Source: Stylophora pistillata (Eukaryota). From it: a stretch of 64,000 nucleotides of DNA. This document shows positions 61,686-64,000 of this stretch, piece after piece (the first letter of the stretch is position 1; each line of letters starts with the position of its first letter). The DNA is taken from the NCBI RefSeq assembly GCF_002571385.2, contig NW_019218106.1, positions 10,972-74,971 of the forward strand, given 5' to 3'. Position numbers and translations under genes: made by a program. The notes under the pieces were generated by a model. It worked only from the letters and a program-made list of their open reading frames with translations, made no database searches and was not told where the DNA came from.

Positions 61686-62064
61686 AGACTCTATGCTAGA
61701 CGGCTTGAACCCTGAATCACGCCAAATGAGTCGCGATCGTTTCGTGTGGGGCAGCAGAATTATTTTGTCTGGGTTTTGTTTAAGTATTATTGTTGGTTAG
61801 TGGTCATTGTCTGGCTGGAACGTTTCTTGTCTGAAAACGTCTGAAATGTCGTCTGCATCGCCTCTAATTTATTTTGGGAAGTGAATTTATTTTCGTCTAG
61901 ACTTGGAGCACGCGCGCGCGCTATTTAGAACCATTTTTCTGGGCAAAAAGCGCTCTTAAACCCCTGAATATGCTTCAGTCAAGAAGTAAACAGAATACCT
62001 AATTAGTATTCAAGAATGCCTCATCTGAATAAATTTTCATTTTAGTCTGCTTCTCTGTCTAGAC
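61686..62064. promoter_or_regulatory. Candidate intronic Smad-responsive enhancer
   Basis: 12 GTCT/AGAC half-sites in about 380 bp, including two GTCTAGAC palindromes (61895-61902 and 62057-62064). Confidence 0.5.
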
Positions 62065-64000
62065 GGTAGCGTGAACGCGTATAGTCATTTTGCGATCACT
62101 TTTGTGAAAGATTACATAGTCGCCATGTTTTTGAGCGAAAAACACGAAATGCGTGTTGTTCGCCGAACAGATTTTAGTGCGCGGAATGCCTTTTGAAATT
62201 TAGAATGGCGTTTCTGACAACGCTTATTGTTTGTTATTATAAATTTGACAATTTGAGTGCGCTATATTTTACCGTGAAAATACTGATTTTTGATTGGGGA
62301 AAATTCTCTGTTTTCAAAATTTCCTCAAGGGTCTTCCAGTCGATTCTCTGAAACTTTTAACTTGTTGGATTTCATCCATAAACCTTTTTCCCATTAATAG
62401 TTCCATCTCTCGACAAACAAAACCACAATGGCCACGTAGATGTATTCAAATTCCATGTGGTGGGATTTTGTCACGTAATTAAAATTTCGCTTTTGTGCGC
62501 ACGGCACGAAATTTTTTTTCGTATGCAATGTGTTTTTTATCCATTTTGTTCGATGAAAAAATAGTTTCTTCGTATTTATGTTCATTACAAACTTGCGTTT
62601 GCTTCAAAAAAGTGATCTGTCGGCTTCTTTTGTTCACATCATTTCTCGCTTAAACCTTGGGGGATCGACCCGTGGTACAAGCATTCAAATTTTTTGTTTG
62701 ACATTTTCTTGGTAATTTTTCATACATTGTTATAACTTACAATAGTACCACAATTGTCACTGGTCTTTCAGAACACAGTGGACAATCACTTTCCATATGT
62801 TTTAGCATTGGAAAGGAAGGAATTTTTCGCAAAATATTAGTTCCTCTATGAGTGGTTTTGTGGCTGAATCAATTAGTTTTATTCTTAACCAAATGTAACT
62901 TATTTTATCCAATTATTTTAAAATTGTGTATTGTAATAGTTGGTCAGCGTATATGAAAATATATGTGTGACCCATTTTACAAATGAGTTATGTAACATGT
63001 GAACATCTTAAGAAATGCAAATATAAGAAGTTTGAGTGATGTCCTCAAACACCTTTTCTTTAAATTGTCCCTGCAGACCAAGTGCATTTTATATTTCCTA
63101 CAACATGCACCCCACAAAACTTGCACACCCTGATTCAGAGTACACCAGACAGTGTTCTCAACTAAGGGAGTTAATTACAAAGATTAATCTCTTCTTTATG
63201 TCAGCATCTAGGTGTCTTAATTGTCCTTTTTTAAGTCCTCAACTGCATTTCCAGTGACCCTGGTTTTTGACAACAAGTGAAATGTCTTTGTTTTAGCTGG
63301 TAAAACATTACTTGTATCGTGTATGCATGAACGATCTTGTTTGTAATTGAATTTTTTGTTGCATGTGTAAGTGATTTTCAACATTATCAAATTAGGACAT
63401 CCGTGACTATTAGTATTTCATGAAGATCTTTGAGCCTTTATGTTGAAGCATTAAAAGTAAGATTGTATGTTTTTTTTCTTTTGACTTGCAATAAATGTTT
63501 GTGGTTGTTATTGGCATTTATTCATGATGAGTTAAAACATAAGCGGATGTTTGATTCCTTTGTAACTATTTTGGACTCATGAACATCCCTGAAATGAATT
63601 TTTCATAATTTCCATTTTTGTTTACCTTCAAAGAGACCAGGAAACTCCAGCAACCAGTAACTAGTCCAAAACATGGGTTTATTTTTTATATTTTTTGGCT
63701 AAAAAAGAAAAAGAAAAGCACAAGCAACAACACAGTCACAAATCAGTGGTTCATTTTTCATTATCTTCTACAGGTGCCTAAATTGTTTCACCATTTAGGG
63801 CTCTTTGAACAAAATATTGTCATACCAAACAATTTACATTGATCAGCTTTCAAGTAAAACCTTGTATCAACAATGTTTGATGAATTATTGTGTGGAGCTT
63901 TCTGAAAATGGGAATTAATTGTGGATCTTTTCTGTAACACAGAGGAACTTTTGAATCCTAAGTTCTTGAATGAAGGCCTTGTTTTTCTCTGTATCTTACA

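Overview
Eukaryotic (animal) genomic DNA, about 40% GC, with three assembly gaps (7978-7988, 30608-31564, 52924-53205). The repeat families suggest a scleractinian coral, probably pocilloporid; this is inferred from recalled repeat types, not from a search. Bases 1-14 kb are a nested transposon graveyard: palindromic hairpin elements, a tRNA-SINE, a THAP-bearing Kolobok-like element, piggyBac/Harbinger/Penelope relics and MITEs. Bases 15368-56014 (+) hold a complete KMT2C/D (MLL3/4) H3K4 methyltransferase gene. I traced it by hand as 41 GT-AG coding exons with consistent phases, 15183 nt, about 5060 aa. Bases 60616-61063 (+) encode the MH1 exon of a divergent Smad4-type gene that runs off the window. 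Highlights: (1) five hairpin elements from four unrelated sequence families share one apex architecture, GA-stem-GNA-stem-GA, and two copies of one family show flip/flop and fold-back isomers; (2) an intronic Harbinger-type MITE carries an exact copy of the host gene's own 3'UTR; (3) the Smad4-like intron has a dense cluster of Smad-binding elements; (4) Penelope-associated minimal hammerhead ribozyme motifs are intact only antisense to the gene.
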